A DNA stretch of 64,000 nt from Phaeosaccion multiseriatum (taxonomy: Eukaryota > Protista > Ochrophyta, other classes). Made by a program: the position numbers and the translations under genes. The notes beneath the pieces are model-generated. The model did no database searches. It was not told the DNA's origin and was given only the letters and a program-made list of their open reading frames with translations. Location of the stretch: positions 1,860,001-1,924,000 of the forward strand of contig OZ218961.1 in NCBI GenBank assembly GCA_965112735.1. Direction: 5' to 3'. Positions 1 through 14,300 of the stretch are shown here, in pieces (the first letter of the stretch is position 1; each line of letters begins with the position of its first letter).

Positions 1-889
1 CTTGATGACTCGAATCGTCGCCAGAGTGAATGCATCCAGTGATTACGGATACAGTGATTGCTCCGATGGTCAAAAATGAATGCATTCAATTTTCAATGAA
101 ACACATAACCTCCAAAATGGCGTCTTGCAGCCTTCAGAAAGCACACACAGCCGCGTTCACTTATATCCACCGCCGCTTGGGGCGCCACCCCCTCCTCCTC
201 CTCCTCCTCCTCCTCCTCCTCCCCCTCCTCCTTCTCCTCCTCACTGTCCTTCATTCTATGTTCGCCTCAAGGACGAACCAACCCAACAATAGCAGCAAAG
301 GACGCACCCACCCAACCGAAGGCCACAGTAGCTGCTGTTGACTAGCAAGGCCACTTGCCCGCCCTGTTCCTTCGAGAGTCTAAGCCCCCCCCCCCCCTCC
401 TTATCTCCCTCTCTCTCTCTCTCTCTCCCTCCCCCTCTCTGTGTGTGTATGTGTCAAGTACCCCCACCCACCCCCCTCCTTGTGTCAACCTTGTGTCAAG
501 CAGCCCACAAGTAAGCTCTTTGTGAGGCGGCTCATGCCCCTTGACGAGTCTTCTCGCGACCACCCACCCACCCACTCATCCACCCACCCACCCACCCACC
601 CACCCACGCGACCCTCCACGCGTCTCCCAGTGGTAGGCCGCTACAGCCTCTCCCATGGACTTGTTGCGAAGGGGCTTACGTTCGTGCGTGCGTGCGTAAA
701 CAGGTTCAGGTCGGGGCTATGTATTCGATCTGTTTCCTCGCCCATCCCCTCCCCTCCCCTGCCTTCCCTCCTTCTCCCTCCCTCTCACGGCTCGGTGAAA
801 CCACCCCTTCCCCTCCTCCCCTCCCTCGTCCTTCCCCATTCTCTCACAGCACAGTGAGCCACACCCCATCCACTGCCATCCCCTCCCTC

Positions 890-2221
890 TCATGGGTCCG
901 TGTGCCAAACACTGTCAAGCATCTTGACGACTTCGGGATAGAGACTCATGGTAATGGCCACCTCCGCCGTCACACGCGTCAGCCTCGGCCCCACCCCCTT
1001 GTAGAAGCCCATCACTCCCTCCTCTGACAGGATCTTGCGGACACAGTCCAAAGAGCCGCTGTACTTGTGCTGGTCAAGGCCCTGGGGAATTAGAGGCATA
1101 AAGGTAATAGTACTTAGAGGTGCTTGGGTAGAGGAAGTTCGAGTTCAGTCAGTCTAAGGAAAAAGAGGTACTCGGGGTCCTTACCCAAGCTCGCCCACCC
1201 TTGTCATCCCTTGTCTTCCCACCCTCCCTCCCACCCTCCTTCCCTCCTTCCCTCCTTCCCTCCCTCCCACCCTCCCACCCTCCCTCCCTCCCTCCCTCCC
1301 TCCCTCCCTCCTTCCCTCCCTCCCTCCTTCCTTCCTTCCCCACCTCCCTCCCTCCCTCCCTCCCTCCCTCCCTCCTTCCCTCCCTCCCTCCCTCCCGTCT
1401 CCTCTCCTCACCTGGAGACGGCTCTTGACCACATCCACACCCTGAAAGATGAGGACGGAGACAAAGCCTGCGAAGGCCCCTGCTGCTGCTGAAGTGACCG
1501 GTGTGGTTCTCCACTGGGGAGGGATGAGCTGGAACATGCCGAAGCGTGTGGCCTGCGCTGTGGCCACCTTGAACACCGTGGGTGGCATGCCTGTGTCACC
1601 AACGTGTGGGTGAGTGTGTAGGTGTGTAAGTGTGTGTGCGTGTGTGTGCGCGTGCGTGTGTGTGTGTAAGAGAGAGAGAGAGACAGACCATACGCGCGCA
1701 CGCAACACGCCTTCATCCATCCATCCATTGCCATCCATCCTTATTAACCACCCACCCACCCACCCATCCCATCCCTCCATCCCACCATCCAATGCTATCC
1801 ACCCACCACCCCCACCTCTGCACCCATTGCCATCCATCCGTCCACTTCTCCATCCTTTACCATCCCCCCACCCTCTGTCCTGACACTCTCTTACCGTGGT
1901 AGATGGCTCCGACTCCGTTCTCCTTGACGATGGTGCTCACCCCGTGGAAGAAACCCTTGTAGCGCGGAACTGTCCCGTCCGTACGGAACATGTCATTCAC
2001 AAGCTTGATCTTAATGTTCTCTTGTGGGGTGGTCACCTACGGTAGTAAGGCAAGGAAGAGGGAGGGAGGGAGGGAGGGAGGGGGGAGGGAGTTTCAGTTC
2101 CAGTTACTGCCACCCCAAGCTGAAGGGAAGGGGGGAAGAGGAAGCTGCGTGTCGGCACAGAGAGAGAGAGAGGGCGAGCGAGAGAGATGAAGGGGAGAAA
2201 GAGACAGAGAGACAGAGAGAC

Positions 2222-2264
<43 letters not shown>

Positions 2265-4028
2265 GAGACAGAGAGACAGAGAGAGAGACAGACAGAGAGA
2301 GAGACAGAGAGACAGAGAGACAGATAGACAGACAGACAGACAGACAGAGAGACAGAGAGACAGAGAGACAGAGAGAGAGAGACAGAGAGACAGAGAGAGA
2401 GAGGAGAAAGGATCGAAAGCGAGAGAGAGAGAGAAAGAGAGAGAGAAAGAGAGAAGGTAGTGCCAACTCTCTCTCTCCTCTCGGATATCCGGGTCGAACT
2501 GGACTGACGAGTGCAGTGCACAGTTAGAACCAGGACTGAAAAACGTAAATCCTAACTCTCGACCTCCAACTCGAACTCCACGCTCAAACTCACAATGATG
2601 GCCTCGCAGGCGCCTGCCCCGAGACCCCCGAGGAATCCTCGGGCCTGCCCAAGTCCGTACTTGTCCGAGCCGTCCGGGTTGTTGAGCAGCCCTGAGTGAC
2701 AAGAGACAAGAGAGAGAGGATAGTGTTCTTAGTAAGCAGCAGCAGCAGTAGCAACAGCAGTAGCAACAGCAGTAGCAACAGCAGTAGCAACAGCAGTAGT
2801 AGTAGCAGCAGCAGCAGCAGCAGCAGCAGCCACTCTTCCTCTTCCAAAAGCACAAGGCTCTTCCTCTTTTCCTTCTATTGTGTACTTCTTTCAAAAGCAG
2901 GCAAATAAAAAAACAACAAAGCAAAGAAACGACGTGAATGAGTAATCTTCTCCCGAAACAAACAGAATGCAAAGGCAAAGAAGTGAAGGAATGACTGACC
3001 AGAGAAGATCTCGAACATCCCGAAGCGTGTGGCGGCCTTGGGCACAGCGAAGTACAACATGGAGTTCAGGCCGCGGTAAAAGCCGAGCGGTTTCTTCGTG
3101 TCTGGGGGGGGAGGGGAGGGGGGGGTGGGAGGGAGGGAGAGAGAGATGGAGACAACGAAGATACAGTGTGTGTAAGTGTGTATGTGAGGAAGCGGGAGAG
3201 AAACAAATGAAGAGAGAGAGGAGAGAGAGGGGTGGAGAGAGAGGGAGAGAGTGAGGGAGAGGGAGACAGGGAGAGAGGGAGAGATGCCATCCCTAACCCT
3301 ATACCCAATACCCCATACCCTATACCCAATACCCCATACCCCATACCCCATACCCCACACCCCGCACCTTACACCCCATACCGCATACCCCACCCAGACC
3401 TCATCTATCCCTGACCCATACCCCCCCCCCCCATGTTCCGTGTACCCACCTGCGATGATCTCTCCCACTGTGAGGCTCTTGGTGGAGAGCTGTTGCCGGG
3501 TCTTTACGTACTCGGTTGGGTAGGTCATGCAGATCTCGATGGCACCTGTCGGACATTGGCAGTCAATGAATACAAAACCCAACCATGCGTGAGTGCCATC
3601 TTTAGATGATGATGACGATGGCAGTCAATGGACAGCCTCGGCACAGAGAGATACCCAAGTGACAGAACAGACTGGCTGTTGCTCTCCTTCCCTCCCTCCC
3701 TCCCTCCCTCCCTCCCTCCCTCTCCCTCCCTTCCTCCCTTTCCTTCTTTCTCCCTCACTACCTCCTCTGTGTATAATGCATATGCGTAAATATCAGTAGG
3801 TGCCGAGTTTCCACACATACCGCTAATGCCGCCCGCGAGAAGCGCCTTGCCCTTATGCTTGGGTTTGTTCACAGGGGCAGTAGCGATGATGGTGGAGGAG
3901 GAGGAGCGAGAGGAGGAGTGCTGGTGTATTTGGCGGCGCCCATTGAGGCTGTCGAGGTGTGCCTGAGACGCAGAGTAGCCCATGACGCGTTGACTGGAGG
4001 ACCCAGCCGCGGCAAATGTGTCCCACAT
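890..4028 (-). CDS. Mitochondrial carrier (SLC25) protein, tricarboxylate/citrate carrier-like; 7 exons
   Basis: GT-AG exons at ~4028-3821, 3545-3450, 3100-3000, 2692-2594, 2037-1895, 1591-1412 and 1082-890. They give [65 protein letters not shown] and [10 protein letters not shown]. These are three Px[DE]xx[KR]-type carrier repeats, and the YPTEYVKT motif resembles CTP1/SLC25A1. Confidence 0.9.
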
Positions 4029-4937
4029 CTGGGGTAGGGAGAGGGGTGCGGGGGTGGGGAGGGAGAGGGAGAAAAGAGAGAGAAAGAGGGGGAGGGAGGA
4101 GGGAGGGAGAGAGAGGGGAAAAGAGAAAGGGAATGGCGAGAGCAGAGGGGGGGGCAAAGGACAGGGACGAGTCAGAGGAAGAGCAGATGAAGTGGCAGTG
4201 AGAGATATACTAGAGCGAGTAGAGCAAATATGCCCAAAAATAATAAAAGTGGCCAGGCAGACGACAGAGGGCGGCTGGGCCTCCTTCGAGAAAGGTTCAG
4301 GTGCTCTGGATTTCTGTCGCCTTCTCGATCTCACGCAGGGAGCAAGGCACCCAACCCCTACCCCCCTCCCCCCTCTCTGTTACTGGTGACAGGTGAGTTC
4401 GCGCCGACGCGAAGCGGTAACGCTGCTGACAATACGCTCGTGGGATGGAGGAGAGGGGGCGCTCCCCTTTTCTCAGGTTTGATTGCTCCGTAAGACGGCG
4501 ACACAACATGCGACCGAACCGCTGACTACCACCCTCGCCGCTCTTGTACGCCTGCACCTTCCATCTGCTGCAAACCGCCTTCAACCGCTGCTGGCTGCCA
4601 CAACGCACTATAGCAAAGCTCGGACCGCCACCACAAATTAAAATCGTTCGGAAGGCCAAAAAGAGCATTGCATCTGGCTGGTCATTTCGAGCTGCAACGC
4701 ATCGTAGCACATACGACTCTCACACTCCCTCACCTTAGGTCCTACTGTCGTCGCTGCCGATGCTCTGCTGAGTTATGGGTATTAGAGAAAAAGAGGAAGA
4801 AAGGGGAAAGGGGAGGAGAAAAAAAATTGATGGACACTATCGACTTTGTTTCGATGGACCCTATTTTTTTGGTAACGCCTATTTTTTTTCTTTTCCACTT
4901 CTCTTCAACACACTATCGTAGAATTTGTGTGTAGATC

Positions 4938-6018
4938 ATGGCTGTGCAACTCATGTCGACGGACATCCGCTCCGTGAGCAATGCCACCGACCAGTTCGGC
5001 GAGAACAAGGGACTTTTAATCTGCCGACCAGGCAGGAACGCGTTCAAGCCTGTACGTGCCTCGGTTGGAGAAGTGAAGGAGGGTGGACTTGGGTGGAGCG
5101 AGAAGAGAGGGGCCTTTATGGGCAGAGACAGGTCGAGATGTGAAGGCGGGGAAGGGTCTTAGATCTTAGTGGACAGAGAAAGGTCGAGAGCGAGCATGAG
5201 CGGCGCAAGTTCATTTGGCCCTTCTCTGGGTGGGCGGGTCGGACAGGGATGGAAGATTACTTTCCAGCATCGATGCCACCATCAAGAAGCGGATACCACC
5301 CAGACCCTTCTCTCCCTCTCTCGCTCTTTTAGCCCCCCCTCTTTGTCAGCTCATTGCTTATATAAACGCCCTCCCTCTTCCTCTTGCTTCTTCCACGCGC
5401 CTTCACGCTCCCTGCCCTCCCTCCCGGGTTGTTCACACGGGGTTAAATCATCAACTTCCTCAGTTCTTCACAATCAACTCAGGCTATTATGCCCTCGTGA
5501 CCGACCACGGCGCCGACGTCAACTTCCAAGGCAAAGCCGTGTGGCCGGCGGGCTTTCACTGGGGTGAGTCAACAGAAGGCAGTGGAGAGGCAGTAGGAGG
5601 CAGACGGCAACGAAGGGCCGTGAGGGAGAAGGGGCCGCCCGTTCGTCCCCCCTGTAGGCGATGGAGTCACAGATCTTGACGGAACGCGAAAGGAAGCGTT
5701 CGACGGAGCGGCCAAGGCCTTCACCCTTCAGCCTTCACTTCTCCAATCTACCACAGACGGCCAACCATACGCGCTCCTCCTCACCCCCACCACCACAACC
5801 ACCCACCCACCTATCTACCCACTCCACCCCACATACCCACTTCCATTCACACAACAGGTGCTCCGTGGCGTAAGGTGTCAAACCTTGTGACCAAACAGAG
5901 CGTCGTGTTCGACATGCCCGTGAAGGGGTGCAAGACAGCGGATAACGTGTCTGTCGAGATCGACGTGGCCATCGTCTTTCGCATCATGGGAGATGTCGAC
6001 AAAGGTGCAGCGTGAGGG

Positions 6019-6070
<52 letters not shown>

Positions 6071-8585
6071 ATGTTTGCCTTACCTACCCTCCCTCCCTCC
6101 CTCCCTCACTACACAGGCGAGGACCCTGACCTTGTGCGCAAGTTCGTGCACGAGGTGGGCCCCCGGGGACTTGAGCAGCAGCTCAGGGGCGCGCAGGAGG
6201 AGGCTGTCAGAGCCATCGCACGCAGTATGGAGCACACACAGGTGCGGGGGGGGGGGAGGGAGGGAGGGAGGGAGGGAGGGAGGGAGGGAGGGAGGGAGGG
6301 AGGGCGGGAGTGAGTGAGGGAGGGAGGGACCTTCGCAACCCGACACCCTCCTCTGCTTTCTTCTGCCTGCCCATACGCCTGATTCCATTTGCGTATCTGC
6401 CCATATTCGTGCCCATATGCTTCTGTCTGCCTCTCATGCACAGGTGTATGGGCTGCGCACAGGGGGCAGCAAAGGAGCGGCGGAGCTGGGGGCCATGGCA
6501 GCAATGGTCACAGGGGAGGAGAAGGGGGCGGAGGAGGGGGCGGAGGAGGGGGGGATGGAAATACACGGGGCCGCCATTCTGCACGGAGGGCACGACGACG
6601 CGGAGGCCAGGCGGTGAGTGTGTATGTATGTGTGTGAGAGAGAGAGAGAGAGTGTGTGTGTGTGCGTGCGTGCGTGCGCGTGATAGTACCCAATGGATGC
6701 CCAGTCTATCACCATCGCGTTCTTTCCCTGTCCAAAAGCTCCGAGCGTTACTTCTTCTCAATCGTCTCCCTTCGCTGCTCCCAAAACTGTATGTACACAT
6801 GCCACCTTGTAACTGACGTGTTGGTTCTCTGCTACAGGGCCCTCATCAACAACGACAAGGGCAGCGCCATCTGTGAGGCCATGAAGATCAGGTACGTACG
6901 CACTTCCTTACGAAACGTACACTCGCCGTCGCCGGAGTCCTCCAAGTCGACCTCGTTCCTTCCTCGTCCCTTTGGTACTCTATCACGCTTCACTCGCCTG
7001 TGCAGTCATTCTTCTTCCTCCCTCCCTCCCTCCCTGTCCCTCCTTTGTCTATAAACCTCAGGCTGAACAAGCAGTTCATGGCCCAGGGTGTAGAGGTGAC
7101 GTCGGTCATCATCAAAAACGTGAAACTTCCCAGTAACATTTGCGAGGCCATGTCGAACAAGGTGGGTTTGAGTTTGAGCTCATTCGAAGCAGGTTGAGTG
7201 TGGGTTTCAGCTCTGTCGAAGGGGCTGCGTTCGAGTTTCACAAACACAAACACACACAAGGACACACACTCACTCACTCACTCACTCACTCACTCACTCA
7301 CATACATACACTCTCTCACTCCCTTCCCTGGCGATGGCAATGAACGGCGATGGCATCGATGGCACCAGACGATGGTCATCTCCGAGAACAACGAGCAGAA
7401 GATGAATCAGCTCAGCGACATGCAGCAAGTGCGCTACGGTGAGTTGTTAAACGTCGCCCCTCTGCTCTTTCACTTCACTTACAGGCCAATGGCCAATGAT
7501 TAGACTGTTGCTTGTTTGCTTGTGTCTTACGCTGACGTTGGAGGCGTTCCTCTCCTCCGAGCGGCAGCTTGGCACGCCACGGAAGCAAACGATCCTGGTC
7601 CTCGGATCGTCCTTGCGGTTCTGAGATTTGTTCTTAGACCAACATAATATCGATCAATATTGGATCTCGAACGGCATAATATCGATCAATATTGGATCTC
7701 GAACGTCATAATATCGATCGATATTGGGTCTCGAAGGTCATAATATCGATCGATACTGGATCACGAAGGTCTTTTAAACTTGGAACTGAATGCCATCTCT
7801 GTACCTCCGAACCTCCTAAATACCGGCTGATCTGACTCAAGCACTTAACGTAACTTCCGTGACTTACAACACGACTCCAACAGGTGAGGAGATCGAGACG
7901 CTCAACCAGAAGCACAAAGAGGAGCGGGAGGAGGAGAGTCAGCGGGGAGAGCAGGACTGTAGCGAGGTAGGTCTGTGAATACATTTCTTGCCACTCCACC
8001 ACCCATCTTATACAAGGTCTCTCTCTCTTTCCTTCCGTCTCTCCCTCTCTCCCCCCCTCTCTCTCCCTCTCTCCCTCCCTCCCTCCCTCCCTCCCTCCCT
8101 CCCTCCCTCCCTCCCTCCCTCCCTCCCTCCCTCCCTCCCTCCCTCCCTCCCTCCCTCCCTCCCTCCCTCCCTCCCTCCCTCCCTCCCTCCCTCCCTCCCT
8201 CCCTCCCTCCCTCCCTACGACAAGGTCACCATCAAACTAAATGACACGCGGTCTCTTGCCGCCAAATCTCTGAAGCTCATTGCGGAAGAGAGTGACGTGG
8301 GCATCAAGAACATCGTCGCAGATTCGGACCTGCAGGTAAGTCAATGGATGTGTTTGTGTGTGTGTGTGTGTGGAAGGGGCGGGGGGGTGTCTGTGTGCGT
8401 GTGTGCATGCTCCTCACACCCTGTCCTGACACCCCCACCAGCTGTCCTGACACCCCCCACCCAATGACTTAATGACAGGTGAGTCGCCTGGTCAACTCCC
8501 GCGATGCGTACGCGAGCTCCATGAAGGCCAAGAGCGAGACGGAGGTAAGACTCTCTCTCTCTCTCTCTCTCGCTCTCTCTCGCTT

Positions 8586-8632
<47 letters not shown>

Positions 8633-8641
8633 CTGTCTCTC

Positions 8642-8690
<49 letters not shown>

Positions 8691-9239
8691 TACACTAGCA
8701 CTCATACACATACACTGGCACCCATCACCTGAGACCCATTCCTCAGTGACATATGATCCTGTCAGTGGCGTGCCACCCTAACACCCATGCATGATACATG
8801 ATACACTGCTTGACAGCTGCTTGACCACACGCCTGAAAAGTGCTTGACATGTGCTGACTCGCAACTGACAACTGCTTGACAATTGACAACGGCTAGACAA
8901 TCAAGGGCGAGGGCTTTTCCTGACTCCTGACACCCCCCCCCCCCCACCCACCCTCCTCTCCTGCGTCCTGACACCTTCCTTGCTCCCAAAATCAGGAGGC
9001 ACGCGTGAGGGCAGGCACCGCCAAGTACAGCGTGGTTAAGGAGGCGGAAGCCAACCTTCAGCAGGCCAACAACGAGGCTGCTGCCGCCAAGGTGAGAGAG
9101 AGAGAGAACGAGAGAGCAAGGGAGGGCGGGGGAAAGGGGAGGGGGCAAGGGAAGGGATCGAAGGGGTGAAGGCACGCACTCACAACACACACACACACAG
9201 TCCCCTATGTGGATCCCTGTCGGTCATCTCCTCATCTCC

Positions 9240-9289
<50 letters not shown>

Positions 9290-9925
9290 CTCCCTCCCTC
9301 TCTCTCAGATCCTCGCCGAGGCCGAGGGCAAACTCGCACACATGGTCGTCGCTAAAAAGACGTACGAGACAGAGATGCGTCGTCTTGAAGTGGCCGCCGC
9401 TCTCGCCTCCAACCCCGAGCTCGTCATCAGCGGCTCTGACAATGAGGAGATGAACGCAATGATGATGTGTGATGCCGTGCTGGGGAATGTCCGCCCTGGG
9501 CAGAACATTACACGCAGTCAGGTGGGTTTGGATGACTTGGAGTGGTGTGTGTGTGTTTGCGTGTGTGTGTGTGTACGTGTGTGTGTACGTGTGTGTACGT
9601 GTGTGTATGTGTGAGAGAGAGATAGAGAGAGAGACCTTTTTCGCCACCAGCTTCGAGCAGGCGCCGTGCGCGCTGGGATATGAATAGGCACTAACGCCCC
9701 CTCCTCCTCCTCCTCCTCCTCCTCCCACCCTCCTCCTCCTCCTCCTCCTCCTCCTCCTCCTCCTCCTCCTCCTCCTCCTCCTCCTCCTCCCTCCCCTCCT
9801 CCGTTGCCACTGGTCGCATCGAGCGAAGGTGCTGTCGGAGCTTGTCATGCTCCAAAAGGGTTCGAGGGTGTATCTCAATGGAAACAACCCCGTGGATCAG
9901 GGGGCATAAGGGCCTGAGACCCTGA
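4938..9925 (+). CDS. SPFH/band-7 (stomatin/prohibitin-like) domain protein with C-terminal coiled coil; ~14 exons
   Basis: Exons join in frame: AGFHWGAPW...VTKQSVVFDMPVKGCKTADNVSVEIDVAIVFRI (band-7 'TxDNV' signature), EEAVRAIARS, LNKQFMAQGVEVTSVIIKNVKLP, then Ala/Glu-rich coiled-coil exons. The last exon is VLSELVMLQK...GLRP*, with TGA at 9923-9925. Confidence 0.8.
7643..7770. repeat. Intronic minisatellite, ~32-bp unit x4
   Basis: CATAATATCGATC(A/G)ATA(T/C)TGG(A/G)TC(T/A)CGAA(C/G)G(G/T) repeated four times. Confidence 0.85.
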
Positions 9926-10860
9926 GGATGGCAGTCTATGGGGAGAAGGGTCGCAGCAGGAAGCATCAGTGAGGGCATGAGCATCTGAATAATATGCGCC
10001 TCTGAGCGTGACTGGGATGTAGCTAGCGGTCGTCTTCTTCGAGCAGGCTGGCTTGCTTGCTTCTTGCTGCTCACCTCTGAGGAGGGTAGATTCAGAATGC
10101 ATACACTACTACACCAAGTACAAGACGTGGACTTGTGTGCCCCACTTCTCTCTGTCTTCGAAATGCTTCTCTTCTCCTTCGTACTTGAGTATTGCAGTGC
10201 TCTGCTGGTGGGCACGCGAAGAATATAAAATTAAATATATCTCAGTATCGTTGTAGACACCCTTCACTGCCCCACCCTCCATCCTGTACAGACACGCCCT
10301 CTCCGTCCAATTCTCAGCAGATTCAGTAGAGGAGAGGTCTTCCATAGCAGGCCATGTAGCCTCCCTTGCGCCTTTGTCTGCTTCTCCATCTCTCTTTCTG
10401 TCTCTCTCTGCCTGTCGTCTGTCTGTCTTCTCTCTCTTGTCTGTCTTGGCTGCACAGCCGTTGCGAAGGCGCTTCTCCTCCTGGCGCATCAGCTCGACTG
10501 CCGCTGCGGTTTGCTTCTTTTGCCCTCCCTCTTTCACTCCGGCTCAGCGGCAACAGTTGGTGATACAGCAGCACCGGCGAGGAACTGTTGGGGCGGGCGC
10601 AAGGGCCACCAGCATTGACCCCCACCTCCCCTTCATCCAAGGACCAAGGATCAAAGTTGGGCATCCTCCCTCACAAGACGGACCCCCAAACATGCCCATT
10701 CGAGCGCCGCAAGAGCGCTATCAAGTGAGTACGTCTATGCCTGCCAAAGCAGCAGGTGCCCGCCCACGCTCGCAGGCACACGTAAACACGCACGCACACA
10801 CGCACACATGCACGCAAGAACACACTCACGCACGTACACACGCGTGTCTCCTCTCACACC

Positions 10861-13760
10861 TTACGCCTTGAAGTTCGGGAAGACGTATCTCTGGAAGAGA
10901 GGGTTGAAGAAGAGGGTCCAAAATACCCCAATCATAAGCAACACAAAGCCCACCGCCGAGCCGGCGAAGTAGAACCTTCCTTCAGCGATGCCGTCCTCCA
11001 CTGCCTTGAGGTTGAGCTGTGAGTCCTTGCCCTCTCCGGACCACCACTTGCTCAACTTGGCGTCCACCTGTGAGTGACCGGAATAAGTAGGAGGAGGAGG
11101 AGGAGGAGGAGGAGGAGGAGGAGGAGGACAGACGTCATACGATATATACATATATACGATAAGCAGGACTGAATGAGTGACTTGAGCTGAATACGGAGAA
11201 TGCACGAGCAAGTGCACCACAATGAATGACCGTATCCCCACGCTTTCTTAGGTGACTCCTGTAAGTCAATAAAGGATCCCCACACAGGCAACGACACACG
11301 AGACCCGACACAAGAGAGAGGGAGATAAAGAGAAGGAGCGAGAGAACAGAAGAGGAAGAGAGAGACACAGAGAAAAACAAGAGAGAGAGAGAGAGAGAGA
11401 GAGCGACAGAGAAAGGAGAAGAGAGACGGAGAGAAAAGCGACACACTGACCCCACACACCTTGAACTTATCGCAGTACACAGCGGTGGAGGAGCCGACGA
11501 AACTGTCAAACACCGCATCGAGGGCAATGTCGGGGATGTCTCGCTTGGCCATGGAGGTTGACAGTTTCTTGACCTGCTTAGCATCACCGATGATGCCCTC
11601 CCCCGCCAAGTTTCCGTCGGGTCCCTTGGGCCATCCCTTGAACTTGAGCTTTCGAACCTTCGGATGGCAGGGGATGGCAGTGAACGGGCGGGCGGGGGGG
11701 GGGGGGGGCTTTAAAGGCGGAGAGGGAGGTGGGAAAGACTTGAAGAGAGAGGAAGATAGAGTATTACGGGATAGGCGGAGAGGGAGGTGGAAAAGACTTG
11801 AAGAGAGAGAAAGATAAGAGTATTATGGGATAGGCGGAGAGGGAGGTAACGAGAGAGATGGGAACAGACGAGAACAGAGTATGATGGGATTGGCTCTCCT
11901 CACAGCGCCGAGCGTCTGGGGCGAATCAGAGACAGATGGAGGATTAGTACAAGTTGAAGGCAGGAAGGAGGGTAGGAGGGAGGGACGGGAGGAAGGAGGG
12001 GAGGAGGGAGGGAACGGAGGGAGGAGGGGGGGAAGGGAGGGAGGAGGGAAGGAGGGAAGGGACGAAGCAAAGAAGGATGCAAGCAAAACAAGCGAGCCAG
12101 CAGGAAGGGAGCCTCCCCCAGTGACGTAATAGCCAGTACCAAAGTTCGATCATGCAGGCAGAGGGAGGAGAGGGTCGGCAAGCAGCCCAGAGCCTATGTC
12201 AACAAACGGAAGACCAATAAGCCAACAAACAAGTCTCCTTAGGGCACGGCCCAGGAGGAGGGTTGAGGTTGAGCGCCTGGAGTACGGGGGTATGCCTTCC
12301 TCTTCCTCTCTACCTACCTCTTCTCGGAATAACCTTCTATCCACAATGTTGCTCTTCCTCCCACTCTGAGAGACAGAGGGAGAGGGGAGGGGGAGGGAGG
12401 GGGTGGGGGGAGTGGGAGGGAGAGAGAGAGAGAGAGGGAGAGAGGGAGTCAAAGAAAATAGGAAAAGATCAAACAGTCCATGTGTGGGTGGGGAAGGGGG
12501 GAAGACGGGTGTCAGGCCGGGAGGGTGCGAACCACCAAAGCCTAGGATTAGCAGAACGTAGGTTATCCTCATCTCTTCCTCCCTCTCCTCCTCCTCCTCC
12601 TCCTCCTCCTCCTCTTCCTCCTCCTCCTCCTCCTCCTCCTCCTCCTCCTCCTCCTACCTTAGTGACCGTGGGCTGAATTTCCTCGAAGGTTCTGAAACGC
12701 CCCGCGATGTTGATGATGTCAACAAGCTGCAAGGGTTCGCCGTACAGGAGGGTCTGTTGATTGCTGACAGTGGCGGTTTCTCCCTCTCGTACGGCAGGCA
12801 GCGCTCTTGTATGGGGCAGGGGAGGGTGAAGGAGCGGGTATGCGAGTGAGTGACTGAGTGAGTGGGTGGGTGGGTGAGTGTGTGAGTGAGTGCGTGAGTG
12901 AGTGCGTGAGTGAGGGAGGGGGTGCGTGAGTCGGTGAGTGTGTGAGTGTGTGAGTGAGTGAGTCAGTGGGTGGGTGCGAGAGTGAGTGTGTGAGAGTGTG
13001 AGTACGTGAGTGAGTGAGTGAGTGAGTACGTGAGTGAGTAAGTTGAGTGAGTTGAGTGAGTGTGAGTGAGTGGAGATGTCGGGAGGGGTCGATGGGAGAG
13101 TACGAGCGGCCAAAGATGAAGAATATGGGAGGGAGGAAGGACTCCATCACGGCGCACGAGACGTACTTGCATGTGGACAGCTCAGCGGAGAGCCGCGAAG
13201 CAGCCTTGAAGGCGTAGGGGAGGATGCCTGGCGATGCAGCACCGGGGGGGGGGGAATGAGGAAAAGAACAGGACCACACCACAGACACGACCTTTGTTTT
13301 GCTAACAAACAAAAGTATCTCCCCAAAGAAAGAGCTCCTCGCGCAACGGAGGACGCCGTCAAGCAACAATCTCTCCTCACCAACTGTCTCTCTCTCCTCA
13401 CCAACTGTCTCTCTCTCTCCTCACCAACTGTCTTCTCTCTCCTCACTAACCTCTCCTCTGCTCGCCCTCCCTCCCCAACATTCTCTCCTCACCAACACTC
13501 TCTCCTCACCAAAGTATCTAATCACGAACTCCCTCCCTCCCTCACTCACTCAATCACTCACTCACCTTGGGCGGCGAAGGCCACGAAGATGAGAGAGCTC
13601 CTGAACTCGTCAATAGGCATGTTGACGTAATCAATGTCCACTTTCATCCTCAGCGAAGAGGACGTTCGCATGCTACTACTTCTGATGTTGCTGCTTCTAA
13701 TGCTGCTGCTCATCCTGCTGCTCCTCACCGGCTGGTGGAGTACCCTGCGAGTGGCGGCGA
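10861..13760 (-). CDS. Hypothetical protein with C-terminal transmembrane helix (5' end uncertain)
   Basis: Coding-like exons with canonical splice sites: ...MKVDIDYVNMPIDEFRSSLIFVAFAAQ | GAASPGILPYAFK... | ...LLYGEPLQLVDIINIAGRFRTFEEIQPTVTK | SGRKSNIVDRRLFREE | VRKLKFKGWPK...DIPDIALDAVFDSF... | VDAKLSKWW...GRFYFAGSAVGFVLLMIGVFWTLFFNPLF...FKA*. No family recognised. Confidence 0.6.
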
Positions 13761-14300
13761 GGCATAACCAGGAGGAAGAGGAGGAGGTGCGCGAAGGAGT
13801 GAGGGCAGGTGGTGTATGCGTCGAATGCGCTATGCTGACTCGGAGAGAGATTGACACAAGGCAACGAAGAGAGGTATGGCACTTGGGGTGGGGATGGAGC
13901 TCGGAGAGTGGTTTGCAAGCAAAAAGGAATGGAGGGAGCAAAGAGGGCCCATGATCTCTGTCGCCTTTTCCCCCTCACCTCGCGCCGCCAAATCCATGGA
14001 AGGAAGATACTGAGCAGAGAGCGCCCAAGAGAGTCAGCAAAGTGAGCTTCCACGCCATCATCCTTTCTATGCACGTCCTAGTTGGAGAGTAATGAGGGGG
14101 GAGGAGAGAGGAAGGTGCTCAAAAACAGTAAACTAAAACTGAAACTACTGCTGCTGCTGACGAGTTTTTTTTCACACGCTTTGGAGAGGCTATTAGCTTG
14201 CTCATTGCTTTAGCTCATTGGCTTTTTGCTCTTGCCCTTACTCTGAATCGAGGTCAGTCAAAACGACAAAAGGCGTGGGTGATGGACAGTCAGTCCCCCT

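Noticed and set aside
3290-3392. Telomere-like CCCTAACCCTA followed by (ATACCCC)n
   Set aside because: Under two telomeric units are present; this is an ordinary intronic heptamer repeat.
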